From an uncultured Gammaproteobacteria bacterium (GTDB lineage: Bacteria > Patescibacteriota > Patescibacteriia > Magasanikbacterales > GWA2-37-8): a stretch of 64,000 nt of DNA. Where the stretch lies: the NCBI GenBank assembly GCA_964496095.1, contig CAZBWU010000002.1:79595-143594 (forward strand), read 5' to 3'. The notes beneath the pieces are model-generated. The model saw nothing but the letters and a program-made list of their open reading frames with translations. It did no database searches and was not told where the DNA came from. Both the position numbers and the translations under genes were made by a program. This document shows, one piece after another, positions 39,567 through 49,767 of this stretch; within the stretch, counting starts at the first letter, position 1; every line of letters starts with the position of its first letter.

Positions 39567-40651
39567 AAAAAAAATATCTTAATCTTTTGAATAATTTCAT
39601 TCTGCTCATCGTCGGTCAAAAACGGATAGCATGATAATGAAAGTATTTCTTCTTGAAATTGATCGGTTTTTTTCAGCTGAATTTCATGGTACTCGTCACG
39701 GTAACAGGGCTGTTTGGGGATACTCGTCGGATAATGAATTAACGCATCAATACCGTTATCAGAAAGATAGGATTTCAATTCATTTCTCTTTCCGTCATGC
39801 ACCCGAATGACAAATAGATGGTAGGCCGATGTGTGGTCAAATTCCCCTATAGCCAATCCATTAATCTCGGACAACTCATTAATATATTTCTCCGCAATCG
39901 ATCTCCGTTTCTGAATAAATTCATCCAATTTTTTCAGCTTGGTGTCCAGCACCATACACTGCACTGCATTGATTCTGAAATTACTACCTTTCATAATGTG
40001 GTTATACCTACCTTCCTGTCCATAATTCCGATACGATGTCACATACTCCGCCACTGCCTTATCATTAGTCACCACCATTCCGCCTTCGCCGAGCGAACCC
40101 AGATTTTTGGTGGGATAGAAGCTAAATGCTTTGGTGTACACAGCAGAGGCCCCGGCAAATTTCGCGCCATGAGCCTGGCACGCGTCCTCTATAATTTGCA
40201 AGCTATGCTTCACGGCAATCGCCCTAATTGCCTCCATGTCGCACACCTTGCCAAACAAATGCACCGGCAAAATCGCTCTTGTTTTACTGGTAATTAATTG
40301 CTCAATTTTATGCACATCAATTAAAAAATTCTCGCTGATATCACAAAAAACCGGCACCGCGCCTATATTGGAGATCGCCAAACTCGTCGCGACCGCGCTG
40401 TTTGGAACAGTAATTACCTCATCTCCACGCTTAACTCCGTGTGCCAAGAGCGACATCTCGAGGGCAGACAATCCAGTGGAAGTGGCAACCGCATAGGCGT
40501 ACCCACAATACTGGGCAAAATTCTTTTCAAAATTTTCAGTGGCAGGACCAAGCACATAATTTCCAGCTTCCCCAAACTGCCTGAACCCTTTGATCAATTC
40601 GATCTCAAAAAATTCCCACTCTCTTTTCATGTCAATAAAAGGAATACGCAT
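39563..40651 (-). CDS. DegT/DnrJ/EryC1/StrS-family PLP-dependent sugar aminotransferase
   Basis: 362 aa aminotransferase fold. Adjacent to the FdtA-like isomerase. Confidence 0.8.
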   Translation of the reverse strand: MRIPFIDMKREWEFFEIELIKGFRQFGEAGNYVLGPATENFEKNFAQYCGYAYAVATSTGLSALEMSLLAHGVKRGDEVITVPNSAVATSLAISNIGAVPVFCDISENFLIDVHKIEQLITSKTRAILPVHLFGKVCDMEAIRAIAVKHSLQIIEDACQAHGAKFAGASAVYTKAFSFYPTKNLGSLGEGGMVVTNDKAVAEYVTSYRNYGQEGRYNHIMKGSNFRINAVQCMVLDTKLKKLDEFIQKRRSIAEKYINELSEINGLAIGEFDHTSAYHLFVIRVHDGKRNELKSYLSDNGIDALIHYPTSIPKQPCYRDEYHEIQLKKTDQFQEEILSLSCYPFLTDDEQNEIIQKIKIFFL

Positions 40652-40653
40652 AG

Positions 40654-41079
40654 TTATGTTGTTAATCTTTTAAACTCATCATATGCTCTAATATAATCTT
40701 TTTCATCGTACCAATCACTTGCAAAAACCAATATTACACAGTCAGAAGAAAAATTCAACATCGTGTGCCACAACATCGGCCCCAGTCGTATACCTACCGA
40801 CGGATCGTTCATGGCAATTCTCTGTTTATGTTTGCCGTCATCAAGACGTAACACAAATGAGCCGTTGATACAAAAAATAATCTGCTCGAGTTTTTTGTGT
40901 GCATGTTTGCCCCTGACTGCTTTTTTATTGAAGAGATTATTGATAATATATACTCGTTTTATGGTAAATGGTATATTTTTTCTAGCTTCGGCAATTACCA
41001 AATTTCCATCAGGAAAATCCTCGTAACATTGTAGTTTTACTACACCAGAATTTTTTACGTTAATCTTTTTTGGTTTCAT
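40654..41079 (-). CDS. WxcM/FdtA-like sugar 3,4-ketoisomerase (cupin)
   Basis: 'FTIKRVYII...RGKHAHKKLEQIIFCINGSF...DEKDYIRAYDEF' matches the FdtA/QdtA cupin pattern. Confidence 0.65.
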   Translation of the reverse strand: MKPKKINVKNSGVVKLQCYEDFPDGNLVIAEARKNIPFTIKRVYIINNLFNKKAVRGKHAHKKLEQIIFCINGSFVLRLDDGKHKQRIAMNDPSVGIRLGPMLWHTMLNFSSDCVILVFASDWYDEKDYIRAYDEFKRLTT

Positions 41080-41085
41080 ACAATA

Positions 41086-42054
41086 TTATTTTTGTTTAAA
41101 CGACTTAAGCATGATAAAAGGCATGGCAATCTTTTTGATAACCTGACGCAGATTATCATTAAAAGCCGGACGACGATCAAAACCTTGAAAATCAGGGAAC
41201 TGTTTTTTTACTGTGGCAACTACGTTTTGTAATTCGGAAGTATAACCGGGATATATTAACTCACGGTCATGTGACGTAATAAAATAGGAAGAATAGTAAA
41301 GCTGAAATTTATTCAGACCGTACATTTTTAATGAGTGAAAATGATAAAAAACTAATTGATCTTCATCAATAAAAATAGTTTGGTTTTTTTGGGAAAGTAC
41401 ATAACGATTAATATTCCATGGCGCCAAATTAGCTCCTTTATTTTTGAGTACATGTACTCCTTGATATTCTTTAGTCCAGGTATCTAAATACATCTGATCG
41501 CCAAATTTCCCTGGTTCATAACGATTGTAGCACCAGACTAAACATTGTTTGCGCCAGGTATTGAGACACCGTAATCCTTCAGCGTTATTTTTGATAATTA
41601 CGAGACTGACATTATAGATACCGGATTGTTTTTCAAGATACTGGAGACCGACCGAATAATTATGACGAATGATTAAGATGTTACAGTCACTCATCTCATC
41701 ATAGATAACCTGAGGTGAAGAGAAAAAATAGGTATCAGCATCAATATAAGCTACAATGGCTATTTCGGGATTATGCTGCACCACATGCCACATAAGTGAT
41801 GATGCACACGTCCAGCAATACTCACCAAGCCCTCTCCCTTTCTTAGCTTCGAGTAATTCCGGTGTTTCAAACTCCGCTAAACTGATCAACTTAATATTTT
41901 TTAACTGTAATCCTCTTATAATCTTATACGTTTCATCATCCATACATAAAATCCACAATGTAAAATCAATCCGCTGTCTCTCAAGAGAATAATAGAGCGC
42001 TAAACCACGATAAAGATAATTTTTATTAAACAGAGTACAAAAATTATAGGTCAT
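41086..42054 (-). CDS. Putative GT-A-fold glycosyltransferase (DxD 'YIDADTYF')
   Basis: 322 aa. DAD motif. Weak call. Confidence 0.35.
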   Translation of the reverse strand: MTYNFCTLFNKNYLYRGLALYYSLERQRIDFTLWILCMDDETYKIIRGLQLKNIKLISLAEFETPELLEAKKGRGLGEYCWTCASSLMWHVVQHNPEIAIVAYIDADTYFFSSPQVIYDEMSDCNILIIRHNYSVGLQYLEKQSGIYNVSLVIIKNNAEGLRCLNTWRKQCLVWCYNRYEPGKFGDQMYLDTWTKEYQGVHVLKNKGANLAPWNINRYVLSQKNQTIFIDEDQLVFYHFHSLKMYGLNKFQLYYSSYFITSHDRELIYPGYTSELQNVVATVKKQFPDFQGFDRRPAFNDNLRQVIKKIAMPFIMLKSFKQK

Positions 42055-42848
42055 ATTTTTTTTGCATGTACCACATAATCAAGCGTGATCCATGAATTAC
42101 GGAATATTGCATCCAAAATAATGCTTACGGCTTGGATAGGAAAGCACAGTAATAATGACACTAGGAATTTAAGTAGTATCCATTTTCCAGCAAGTGTTTC
42201 AAATATAAATGCCGACAGTATTTGACCGCAGACTCGGAATACTCCTGTGGTTGATTCTATGCTCGTGATAGTCAATTTTGCTTTCCCAAATATCTGTTCA
42301 TGACCATAGCGCGTGAACCTTCTAAAATCAAACGGGGTTTCATGTTCATTCCACACAAAAGGCATAGTTAAAAATAGTTCTCCATCTTTCTTAAGCACTC
42401 GATGGCATTCCATGAGTAAATTTTCCGAATCCTCAACGTGTTCTAAAACTTGGGTGCAAATAACAATATCAAATGATTCATCAGGCATCGGGATAGTTTT
42501 ACCATCAAAATACTCATCAACTTGCTTAGCAGTATCCAGATGACCGCCACCGGTAATATCAATACCGATATACTCTGCGTCATTAAATAATAACTGGTAA
42601 GGTTTGTCACCACAGCCAATATCTAGAATCTTTAATTTTTTTTCTTTTTTAGTATTAGCATACTTCTTAATAGAGCAATATAAACCTCGCCTAGCAATAA
42701 AGTAAGGATTACCAATAATGCCCCACCACGGAGGTCTAAAGAAGATCATTTTATAAAAACTCTTTAATTTTTCTCGCATAATATAACCGCGATTCACGAC
42801 TCGTGAAAATAGATAAGTGAAATATAATAGTCTACCATTCGCACACAA
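42051..42848 (-). CDS. Class I SAM-dependent methyltransferase
   Basis: Motif I 'ILDIGCGDKPY' and 'FDIVICTQVLEHVED'. Confidence 0.7.
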   Translation of the reverse strand: MCANGRLLYFTYLFSRVVNRGYIMREKLKSFYKMIFFRPPWWGIIGNPYFIARRGLYCSIKKYANTKKEKKLKILDIGCGDKPYQLLFNDAEYIGIDITGGGHLDTAKQVDEYFDGKTIPMPDESFDIVICTQVLEHVEDSENLLMECHRVLKKDGELFLTMPFVWNEHETPFDFRRFTRYGHEQIFGKAKLTITSIESTTGVFRVCGQILSAFIFETLAGKWILLKFLVSLLLCFPIQAVSIILDAIFRNSWITLDYVVHAKKI

Positions 42849-42906
42849 AACTTCATGCTACAATACCACTTGCAACGCTTCATTGCAAATGAAGCAATCA
42901 AACTAA

Positions 42907-43872
42907 TTACCAGCGCAACTTTATGCGTGCTCTCATTATTTTAAAATAATTTCTCACCCAAATAATAATAATTATTATTCTCATTTTAGGAGTTTTAAAA
43001 TAGCGTTCAATAGCTTTCCGTGCGAGCTGATTTTCTTCAAGCGGGATCCTTTCAACAAAAATGGGTTCTTGCGAAATATGATTTTCAAATATTTTTACTG
43101 AGCCGCTATGCACCCCACTGCCATCAAATCCAATATTATCTACCAGTGTTTTATAAGGAAATAAAGTTAATTTATTTTTTAAAAAAGCTGCCGCATGCCA
43201 CCGTACCGCCCATGATTTGTTTACCCCGCATAATTGCCCTTCTAACATCTGGGTGTATGGATAAGCTCCTCCAAAATCAAACTCCTTAGTTAACTTTCTC
43301 TTTTTTAATTCATCCAATAATTTCCTGCTATCAGGCTCAAAGATATTCCACCCCCGCTTCCATGTCGCCCAGCCCTGACAATCGGTTCCTCGGATAAAAA
43401 ACGTTGAGGGCAAGGTCTCTTTAAGAGAAAACAAATAGCCGTGAATACTAACTACCTGATCATTATACTCATAAAGCGTAAGCGCTTCATTCATATATTT
43501 TAGGAAATAGGGAGAAGTTAAAAGATCGTCTTCAAGGACAATTATTTTTCCATACTGAGTTACAACCTTAGTAACTCCGTCAATTATTGATTTTGCCAAA
43601 CCAAAATTATAATCTCGTTCAATTATCTCCACAGTTTTAAATCCTTGAATTGTTCTTAACAGCTCACGCGTTTCAGAAACTTTTTCTTCGGCTTCTTCAT
43701 TTTTAGGACCATCAGCAAAAATAATTAGCTGACTTTCGCTAGCTAATTTATTTTTCTTTAAAGCTTCAATAGTAAGCTTCGTATGTTCTGGACGATTATA
43801 GACAAACAAAACAATAGGGGCGAGATTCATATTATTCATGACGTAAAATAGCCTGTAAGATCTCATCTTCAC
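42907..43872 (-). CDS. Putative glycosyltransferase (GT-A fold)
   Basis: 'LAPIVLFVYNRPEHTKLTIEAL' is a GT-A N-terminal beta-alpha-beta pattern. Confidence 0.45.
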   Translation of the reverse strand: MKMRSYRLFYVMNNMNLAPIVLFVYNRPEHTKLTIEALKKNKLASESQLIIFADGPKNEEAEEKVSETRELLRTIQGFKTVEIIERDYNFGLAKSIIDGVTKVVTQYGKIIVLEDDLLTSPYFLKYMNEALTLYEYNDQVVSIHGYLFSLKETLPSTFFIRGTDCQGWATWKRGWNIFEPDSRKLLDELKKRKLTKEFDFGGAYPYTQMLEGQLCGVNKSWAVRWHAAAFLKNKLTLFPYKTLVDNIGFDGSGVHSGSVKIFENHISQEPIFVERIPLEENQLARKAIERYFKTPKMRIIIIIIWVRNYFKIMRARIKLRW

Positions 43873-44563
43873 CGAATACCTCGCTTAAAATATGAGCGTT
43901 GGGAAGTATACAATGACCACCAATTTTTCCATTTTCTGGAGCGCTCAGAACTGGACGAATCACATTGGTTTTTCCGAGCTCAATATAACCCTCATTATAA
44001 CTCGCATTAAAATCAGTCATTACTTCATCAAACTTTACACCTTCAAATTTCTTACAGATTTCTGCGGCATAAGCATGAAAAGCAATGCAAAGGCCATAAT
44101 ACGTTGTATCAAATAATTTACCTAGTTCCGTCGCTACTGATGACGCACAAACTTTTACCCTACTAATACCAATACTTCGCAAATGCTCTGCTGCTCGCTC
44201 TCCTAATTCTGGATCATCAGCACCAATAAATTTAATAAAGGTTTTAATACCCTCAAATAACTTAGGATGCACTCCGCGAACTGGTGAGTGAACGACATTA
44301 CCAAACATATCGAATAATTTTTTCGTGTCCCCAGCTCCGATCGTTGAATGGATGATAACTAAGCGTGGTCGATAAGTAGTAATATTTTCGGCGACAATAT
44401 CATGAAAATTTTTAAGATACGGAATACAAATATGAAGAACATCAAGATTGGAATCGAAGGTATTAATATCTAAATCACGAATCAACGGATTAGTATAAAA
44501 CTGAGCAATGGCCCTACCTATTTCTCCATATCCTAAAATACCAACTTTAAATGTTTCTGACAT
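43832..44563 (-). CDS. Rossmann-fold NAD(P)-binding oxidoreductase
   Basis: 'KVGILGYGEIGRAIA' dinucleotide-binding motif. 243 aa. Confidence 0.4.
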   Translation of the reverse strand: MSETFKVGILGYGEIGRAIAQFYTNPLIRDLDINTFDSNLDVLHICIPYLKNFHDIVAENITTYRPRLVIIHSTIGAGDTKKLFDMFGNVVHSPVRGVHPKLFEGIKTFIKFIGADDPELGERAAEHLRSIGISRVKVCASSVATELGKLFDTTYYGLCIAFHAYAAEICKKFEGVKFDEVMTDFNASYNEGYIELGKTNVIRPVLSAPENGKIGGHCILPNAHILSEVFGEDEILQAILRHE

Positions 44564-44581
44564 ATTTTAAATCATATAAAT

Positions 44582-45280
44582 TTAAATCTTTTGCAATATT
44601 AAAACATACCCATTCTTTTTTGAAAAAGGAAATTTTAAGTATGTCCAAAGTAGAGCCAACAATCTATTGATAAAAATCTTTGCTTTAGAAAGACCAGCAT
44701 TTTGAAATTTACAATTTCCTCTTCGATACCAACAAGTAACAACTTTTAGATTTCCTACACCAACTTTTTGTTGCTGTTGATTACTGAAATAATTGGTTAT
44801 TGTTTCAGGAGGATACGGTCGAACATGATCAATATCTAAATAAAAATCGGGGTGCATTAAAGGACTTCTTAATATAATGTAACCCCCTGATTTTGTGATT
44901 CTAACCAGCTGATCCAAAACAGTTGAAATTTCTGGATATTTAAAATGTTCAATTACATGTGAGCAATGTATAATATCAAAATTTTCTGCAGGATAGGGTA
45001 ACGAAGTCACATCAGCACAGAGAGTTTTTAAACCTTGATCATTAATTTTATTTACTAAATCCTGATTGATTTCAACACATTCAATATCAATATTTTTATA
45101 CAAATCCCGTATTTTTAAAGGGAACCTTCCAGTACCCGAACCAACTTCCAAATATTTATATTGCCTCTCTGGACTTAATAGTCTAAAAAATTTTAAAACT
45201 GGCTTATCCTCATAGCTATAACTTTCCTCATAAAACTTACGTTTTAGCCTATCAAAAAAATCAAGGTGATACATTTTCAT
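44582..45280 (-). CDS. Class I SAM-dependent methyltransferase
   Basis: 'YLEVGSGTGRFPL' and 'FDIIHCSHVIEHF'. The track start at 45325 overlaps the upstream gene by 65 nt; an internal Met at 45280 is more likely. Confidence 0.6.
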   Translation of the reverse strand: MKMYHLDFFDRLKRKFYEESYSYEDKPVLKFFRLLSPERQYKYLEVGSGTGRFPLKIRDLYKNIDIECVEINQDLVNKINDQGLKTLCADVTSLPYPAENFDIIHCSHVIEHFKYPEISTVLDQLVRITKSGGYIILRSPLMHPDFYLDIDHVRPYPPETITNYFSNQQQQKVGVGNLKVVTCWYRRGNCKFQNAGLSKAKIFINRLLALLWTYLKFPFSKKNGYVLILQKI

Positions 45281-47081
45281 AGATGACTGCTTTAAGATGT
45301 GATTGTAAATTATTTTGAAATTCATTCTCTAACGTCTTTTCAATATATAAGGCATTATATAATCTTATAATTTCCTCATGAATACCTAAGGATTCTTGAC
45401 TCTCAGTTACCTGTACCTGTGGCGAAATAAGTGGGAGCAAACTATTTCTTGATTCTTGTAGCATGCTTTCAACTTGGTTAATATCCAAATGCTGCGCAAC
45501 CTGCTCTTGGCATTCTTCTGTCTGTTTTTTTCCTCCAAGTAAAAGACGCATTTTTATCCAGAACTTCAGTTGTTGCGGCAAAAAATCATAAATAGCTCGT
45601 TTTATTTTGGGTAAAATTGGTAGTGCAGCAAGCTTGCTTCCGCGTTTTCCTCTTACTCTCCAGCGAAATACTGAGCGATTAAAAAAAAGATTATACCATC
45701 GATAGGCCTGCCTAACCTTTTCGAAACTCCAGCCTTCATGAAGAGCCTGTTCAATTTTTCTAAAGTAATCATCGTGGCTCTCAGCCACATAATTAATATC
45801 TGGAGTATAGTTAATGAGATCTTTAGAATAAATGACGACTGGAATTCCGAGTAAGCTCATTTCTACACCGACCGAAGACCAGGCATTTAAAAAAACATCC
45901 GTTTCCTGAGCTATATTGTATAATGAAATTTTTTCAGCAGGCCAATTTACCCGACAGTTACTCGGCAAATCTTTAAAAATTTTTTCAAGCATACGAGCAT
46001 GCTCAGATATAGTAGCGTTCTTTTTAGAAGGGAATTCACGTGGATGTACCCGAATAATCAAAAAAAGGTCCGGTCTCGTTCTAAGGTATTCTACTAACGA
46101 CATAATCCATGCTACTTGCGAAGCGAAAATGAGATTAGAGGGTTCTTTTTTTACCCCAATTGCTTCCGCAGCAAAACGCTCATCATAACTGCTCATCACC
46201 GCAGTGAGTATCTTTTGAGTTTTACTAATTTTAAAAGAGCTTCTTATATCAACGGGCAGAGCACTTTTGGCAGTGGAATAGACCAAATGATGACGTGCCT
46301 CAAGAAGTTCGAGAAAATGATCCGTTACATAGCTCAATTCATCTTGGGTACACGGAATATGTTTAAAGGACTTCCACTGATCCTTTAATTCGTTAAAGTA
46401 CGCAAACGAGTTATCTTTAGATACGATAAGTGTATCATCCAAATCCGACAAATTCAAGCCAGCATGGATAAAATAGACAGGCACCCCTTTGGCGCGAGCA
46501 TACTCCTGCCACACATGATTTACAGAGTATAAAGCATTATAAACGATAATAATATCGGGTTTTTCAATAGCAATAATTTTCCGGGCGGAAAAAAAAGAAA
46601 AAAGGGTGTTCGTGAGACTGATAAGATATTCTTGCCACTCTGATTCAGAAAATTCCAAGGACATTTTTTTATGATGCAATAAAAATTCATACAAAGCACT
46701 CTTACCAACACTAGTTCCATCAATCACTAATTCGGTGAAATTATCCTGATTAACTTTTTTCACTATCATAGCAATCTCATCTAAATCTTGCTCTGTAAGA
46801 ACAGTGTTAATTGCATAGCCTAAGAGATTAAATTCTTTTCTAATAATTTCCTCATTAAGTACTCCTAGCCTTTTTACTGTTTCTTTATCAATGGGTCTTG
46901 AAGAGTATTTCAGATTATAACTACTCAAACAAATACTACAATCAATAAATTGCGTACCGGCAGTTACATATGTAACCTCATGTCCTTTTTTCTGAAGCGC
47001 GACAGCAAGTGTGGCTTCCGGAAGGGCGAATGACCAAACAGCCGTATGCGGCGCAAAGCTAATAATCTTCATATCGAACAA
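45261..47081 (-). CDS. Hypothetical 606-aa protein, possibly a capsule-type GT-B glycosyltransferase (KpsC/KpsS/TagF-like)
   Basis: C-terminal 'VFLNAWSSVGVEMSLLGIPVVIY' resembles the donor-binding region of capsule polymerase families. Weak call. Confidence 0.35.
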   Translation of the reverse strand: MFDMKIISFAPHTAVWSFALPEATLAVALQKKGHEVTYVTAGTQFIDCSICLSSYNLKYSSRPIDKETVKRLGVLNEEIIRKEFNLLGYAINTVLTEQDLDEIAMIVKKVNQDNFTELVIDGTSVGKSALYEFLLHHKKMSLEFSESEWQEYLISLTNTLFSFFSARKIIAIEKPDIIIVYNALYSVNHVWQEYARAKGVPVYFIHAGLNLSDLDDTLIVSKDNSFAYFNELKDQWKSFKHIPCTQDELSYVTDHFLELLEARHHLVYSTAKSALPVDIRSSFKISKTQKILTAVMSSYDERFAAEAIGVKKEPSNLIFASQVAWIMSLVEYLRTRPDLFLIIRVHPREFPSKKNATISEHARMLEKIFKDLPSNCRVNWPAEKISLYNIAQETDVFLNAWSSVGVEMSLLGIPVVIYSKDLINYTPDINYVAESHDDYFRKIEQALHEGWSFEKVRQAYRWYNLFFNRSVFRWRVRGKRGSKLAALPILPKIKRAIYDFLPQQLKFWIKMRLLLGGKKQTEECQEQVAQHLDINQVESMLQESRNSLLPLISPQVQVTESQESLGIHEEIIRLYNALYIEKTLENEFQNNLQSHLKAVIYENVSP

Positions 47082-48541
47082 ATTGATTTAATCTTAATAG
47101 TAAGAGCTTGAGAGATGTTTCGAATACTGATTTCATCAGTTACCGAAGATATTACTTTATACCCCAAATCAACGCACCCTTCAATAGTGGTATCCTCAAG
47201 CGCTTTCAAAAAAATCTTTAAGTCTTTAAGAGTTGGCGCGTATTTTTGAGTAATTATTTTATCCAAAGCTTCTTCGCAATCTTGAATAGTCATAATTGAA
47301 AATACTCCCCGAGCAAACTGATAAAAATTATGACCAAACATAAGTACAGGTTTGCCGCGATACAATGCTTCCCAGCCGGCCGTACCCGTGGCAGTGGCAA
47401 CAGCTAAAGAATTTTTGAGTAACTCAAAAGTACTAAAGGAGCTAGGAACCAACCGGACCTGAGGTATCTTTAAAAATTCTTTATAAAAATCAATATCTCT
47501 TCCTATTATAGTCTGAAAAAGATGCTCTTTTACATATATCAAAACATCTTTAGGAAGAGTATAAGCAATCATTTGGGCAATAAGGAGTTGTTCCGCGAAA
47601 ACACCGGCTAACGGTGAGGTTGTTACCTCAGGTTGTAAATGCAAAGGAAAATAGATGTAACGTGCTTTCAAATCTGGGACGGTTGAATTCTTTTTATAAA
47701 ACTTAAACAATTTATTTTCTGAATAAATTCTTCGAAAGGAAGTTGCAATTTTTTTAATCATCGCAACCGGCTTTCCAACAAACATCATGAATCGGTTGAA
47801 AGGTATTTTTTTTAGCTTTGCCACCGTACTCGCAAGTATCGTATGAATCGGGATATTTTTTACCACATCAAAGTGTACATGATCTTTACTGCTAGTATTG
47901 AGTTCAAAATCTCGTTTACATCTACCCACCAATTCAATATCTTTCTCATCCACTGTTTCATATTTTTTAAGAAGTTCATCAAACTTAGTTTTTATTTCTA
48001 CCATATTATTTTCCCAATCCTCCATCATGGTAATGGTATCCGAAACTCGTACTTGAAAAAGGAAGAGGGTGGGTATTTTTTTTAATTTACATAACTCGTA
48101 GATGATAAAATCATAGACTTCATGCGGGGGACTCGAGGATAAAAAAAGATCAAAATGACCTTTCTCAAGTATATGATTCCAATAACGAAGGTGTTTAAGA
48201 TAAAGTCTTTTCCTCTCACCATACGTCAGTGGGGCAACTTCAAGTCGATCCATCATTTTTAAAACCATTGCTTCACAACCCTGCATTGATTTAATAAGAT
48301 CTTCTTCAAGAGGTAGTATTTTTTCCCATGAGACGTGATAATCTCCCCAAGTAATATCAGCGGCTTTATGAAAAGTGGCAGCCACCGATGGTGGAAGCGC
48401 TACCTGTACTTCGTTATAAATAACATGACACTTATCAACTTTAAACTCATCTATCACTCCAGAGATAATAGGAAAATAAACTGGATGATGGAAACCATTA
48501 AAAATAATTTTCATAAAAACCGAATTTATACAATTGTTCAA
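47069..48541 (-). CDS. Hypothetical 490-aa protein, possibly a capsule-type GT-B glycosyltransferase (KpsC/KpsS/TagF-like)
   Basis: 'YFPLHLQPEVTTSP' and 'AVATATGTAGWEALYRGKPVLMFG' resemble Capsule_synth/TagF family motifs. Weak call. Confidence 0.35.
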   Translation of the reverse strand: MNNCINSVFMKIIFNGFHHPVYFPIISGVIDEFKVDKCHVIYNEVQVALPPSVAATFHKAADITWGDYHVSWEKILPLEEDLIKSMQGCEAMVLKMMDRLEVAPLTYGERKRLYLKHLRYWNHILEKGHFDLFLSSSPPHEVYDFIIYELCKLKKIPTLFLFQVRVSDTITMMEDWENNMVEIKTKFDELLKKYETVDEKDIELVGRCKRDFELNTSSKDHVHFDVVKNIPIHTILASTVAKLKKIPFNRFMMFVGKPVAMIKKIATSFRRIYSENKLFKFYKKNSTVPDLKARYIYFPLHLQPEVTTSPLAGVFAEQLLIAQMIAYTLPKDVLIYVKEHLFQTIIGRDIDFYKEFLKIPQVRLVPSSFSTFELLKNSLAVATATGTAGWEALYRGKPVLMFGHNFYQFARGVFSIMTIQDCEEALDKIITQKYAPTLKDLKIFLKALEDTTIEGCVDLGYKVISSVTDEISIRNISQALTIKIKSICSI

Positions 48542-48560
48542 AATAATATAATAATAGGAA

Positions 48561-49766
48561 CTAAAAAATAGTCGTGTACCTCTTCTGATTTTCTAAAGAC
48601 AGATAAACCTTACCATATGAACTGGACTCACCCCACAAATTATCTTTCCACCATTGCCCGTTCTCTATCCACCACACCCGAGGATCGCGGAATGTGTCTG
48701 CTACTCGGTCAAATTCTTCTTCGCTCCAACCAACATAATCCAGCCAGCGGTACAGGTCTTTAGATTTAATTGAATCCATCTTTTTCACGATTTCTATTCC
48801 TTCTGCTCTAGTCATTTTACCGCCACGGATATCTTTAGATACATGGTCAGTAGCCCGGCCATAACCGAACTTAACGAATTTCATATAATCATGAATACCG
48901 TTTTCGTGCATATCATCTAAATTCGACATACGGCGATATGTTCTCTCAAACGGTTCTTCCGCTTCTTTAAAACCATATTGCTTTACCATTAATGGACCAT
49001 GCTGATTTGCTTCCCATGGAAAGTAATTGGATATAAAAATGCCCCTTACCCCGACACGTTCAATCTCTTCGTCAGTTGGATACATCCAGCTAACCAAATC
49101 TTGTTTACGAAGGTTTTCCCCATACTCAGGAGCTTTGTCAACAAAATCACTCCACTCATAACCCCGTAAATTGTGCTCGTGGCGATAACGGTAAGTAAAT
49201 TCAACCATATCTTTATAAGAATGCATGCCACCTAAGTCCATAAATCCATGTTCACCCCAGATCATTAACGGTACGTTGTGCTGCACAGCCGCTCTTATTG
49301 GGTACGTAAAAATACCGGCGTGGGCATGCCAATTCATGTCCCCCATAATCCGCATACCCAAACGGTTCATAGTTTTAAGCACACCGACACTCGGGGTAAA
49401 AAAAACATGGTCAACATTGAAAACCTCTCGCATGTTAATTAAATTTTCCATGCCAGTTTTGGTATAGTTATTACCGTGATAGGTAACCAGCAAAGGATTA
49501 AGGCCCATAACATTTTTAATGACATGAATTTGGAAATAACTGTCCTTGCCACCGCTAACCGGAATAAGGCAATCATAATTGGAACCGTCTTTGCTTCGGT
49601 ATTGCTCAACCAGTACTTTAAATTTTTGTTTTCTTTCTTCCCAATTAACCACTCCTCTTTCAGAGCTAGTACGACAACCGGAACAAATACCGTTTTCGTC
49701 AAAAGCCAAAGGAACCGCTGAGCTCGCCGGATAAACGCAATTACTACAATAATTCATTTTCTTCAT
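48561..49766 (-). CDS. N-acetyl-sugar amidotransferase (WbuX/WbpG/PseA-like PP-loop ATPase)
   Basis: N-terminal Cys-rich zinc-ribbon-like 'CSNCVYPASS...GICSGC' and PP-loop 'SGGKDS'. Sits in the classic arrangement upstream of hisH/hisF paralogs. Confidence 0.8.
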   Translation of the reverse strand: MKKMNYCSNCVYPASSAVPLAFDENGICSGCRTSSERGVVNWEERKQKFKVLVEQYRSKDGSNYDCLIPVSGGKDSYFQIHVIKNVMGLNPLLVTYHGNNYTKTGMENLINMREVFNVDHVFFTPSVGVLKTMNRLGMRIMGDMNWHAHAGIFTYPIRAAVQHNVPLMIWGEHGFMDLGGMHSYKDMVEFTYRYRHEHNLRGYEWSDFVDKAPEYGENLRKQDLVSWMYPTDEEIERVGVRGIFISNYFPWEANQHGPLMVKQYGFKEAEEPFERTYRRMSNLDDMHENGIHDYMKFVKFGYGRATDHVSKDIRGGKMTRAEGIEIVKKMDSIKSKDLYRWLDYVGWSEEEFDRVADTFRDPRVWWIENGQWWKDNLWGESSSYGKVYLSLENQKRYTTIF

Positions 49767-49767
49767 A

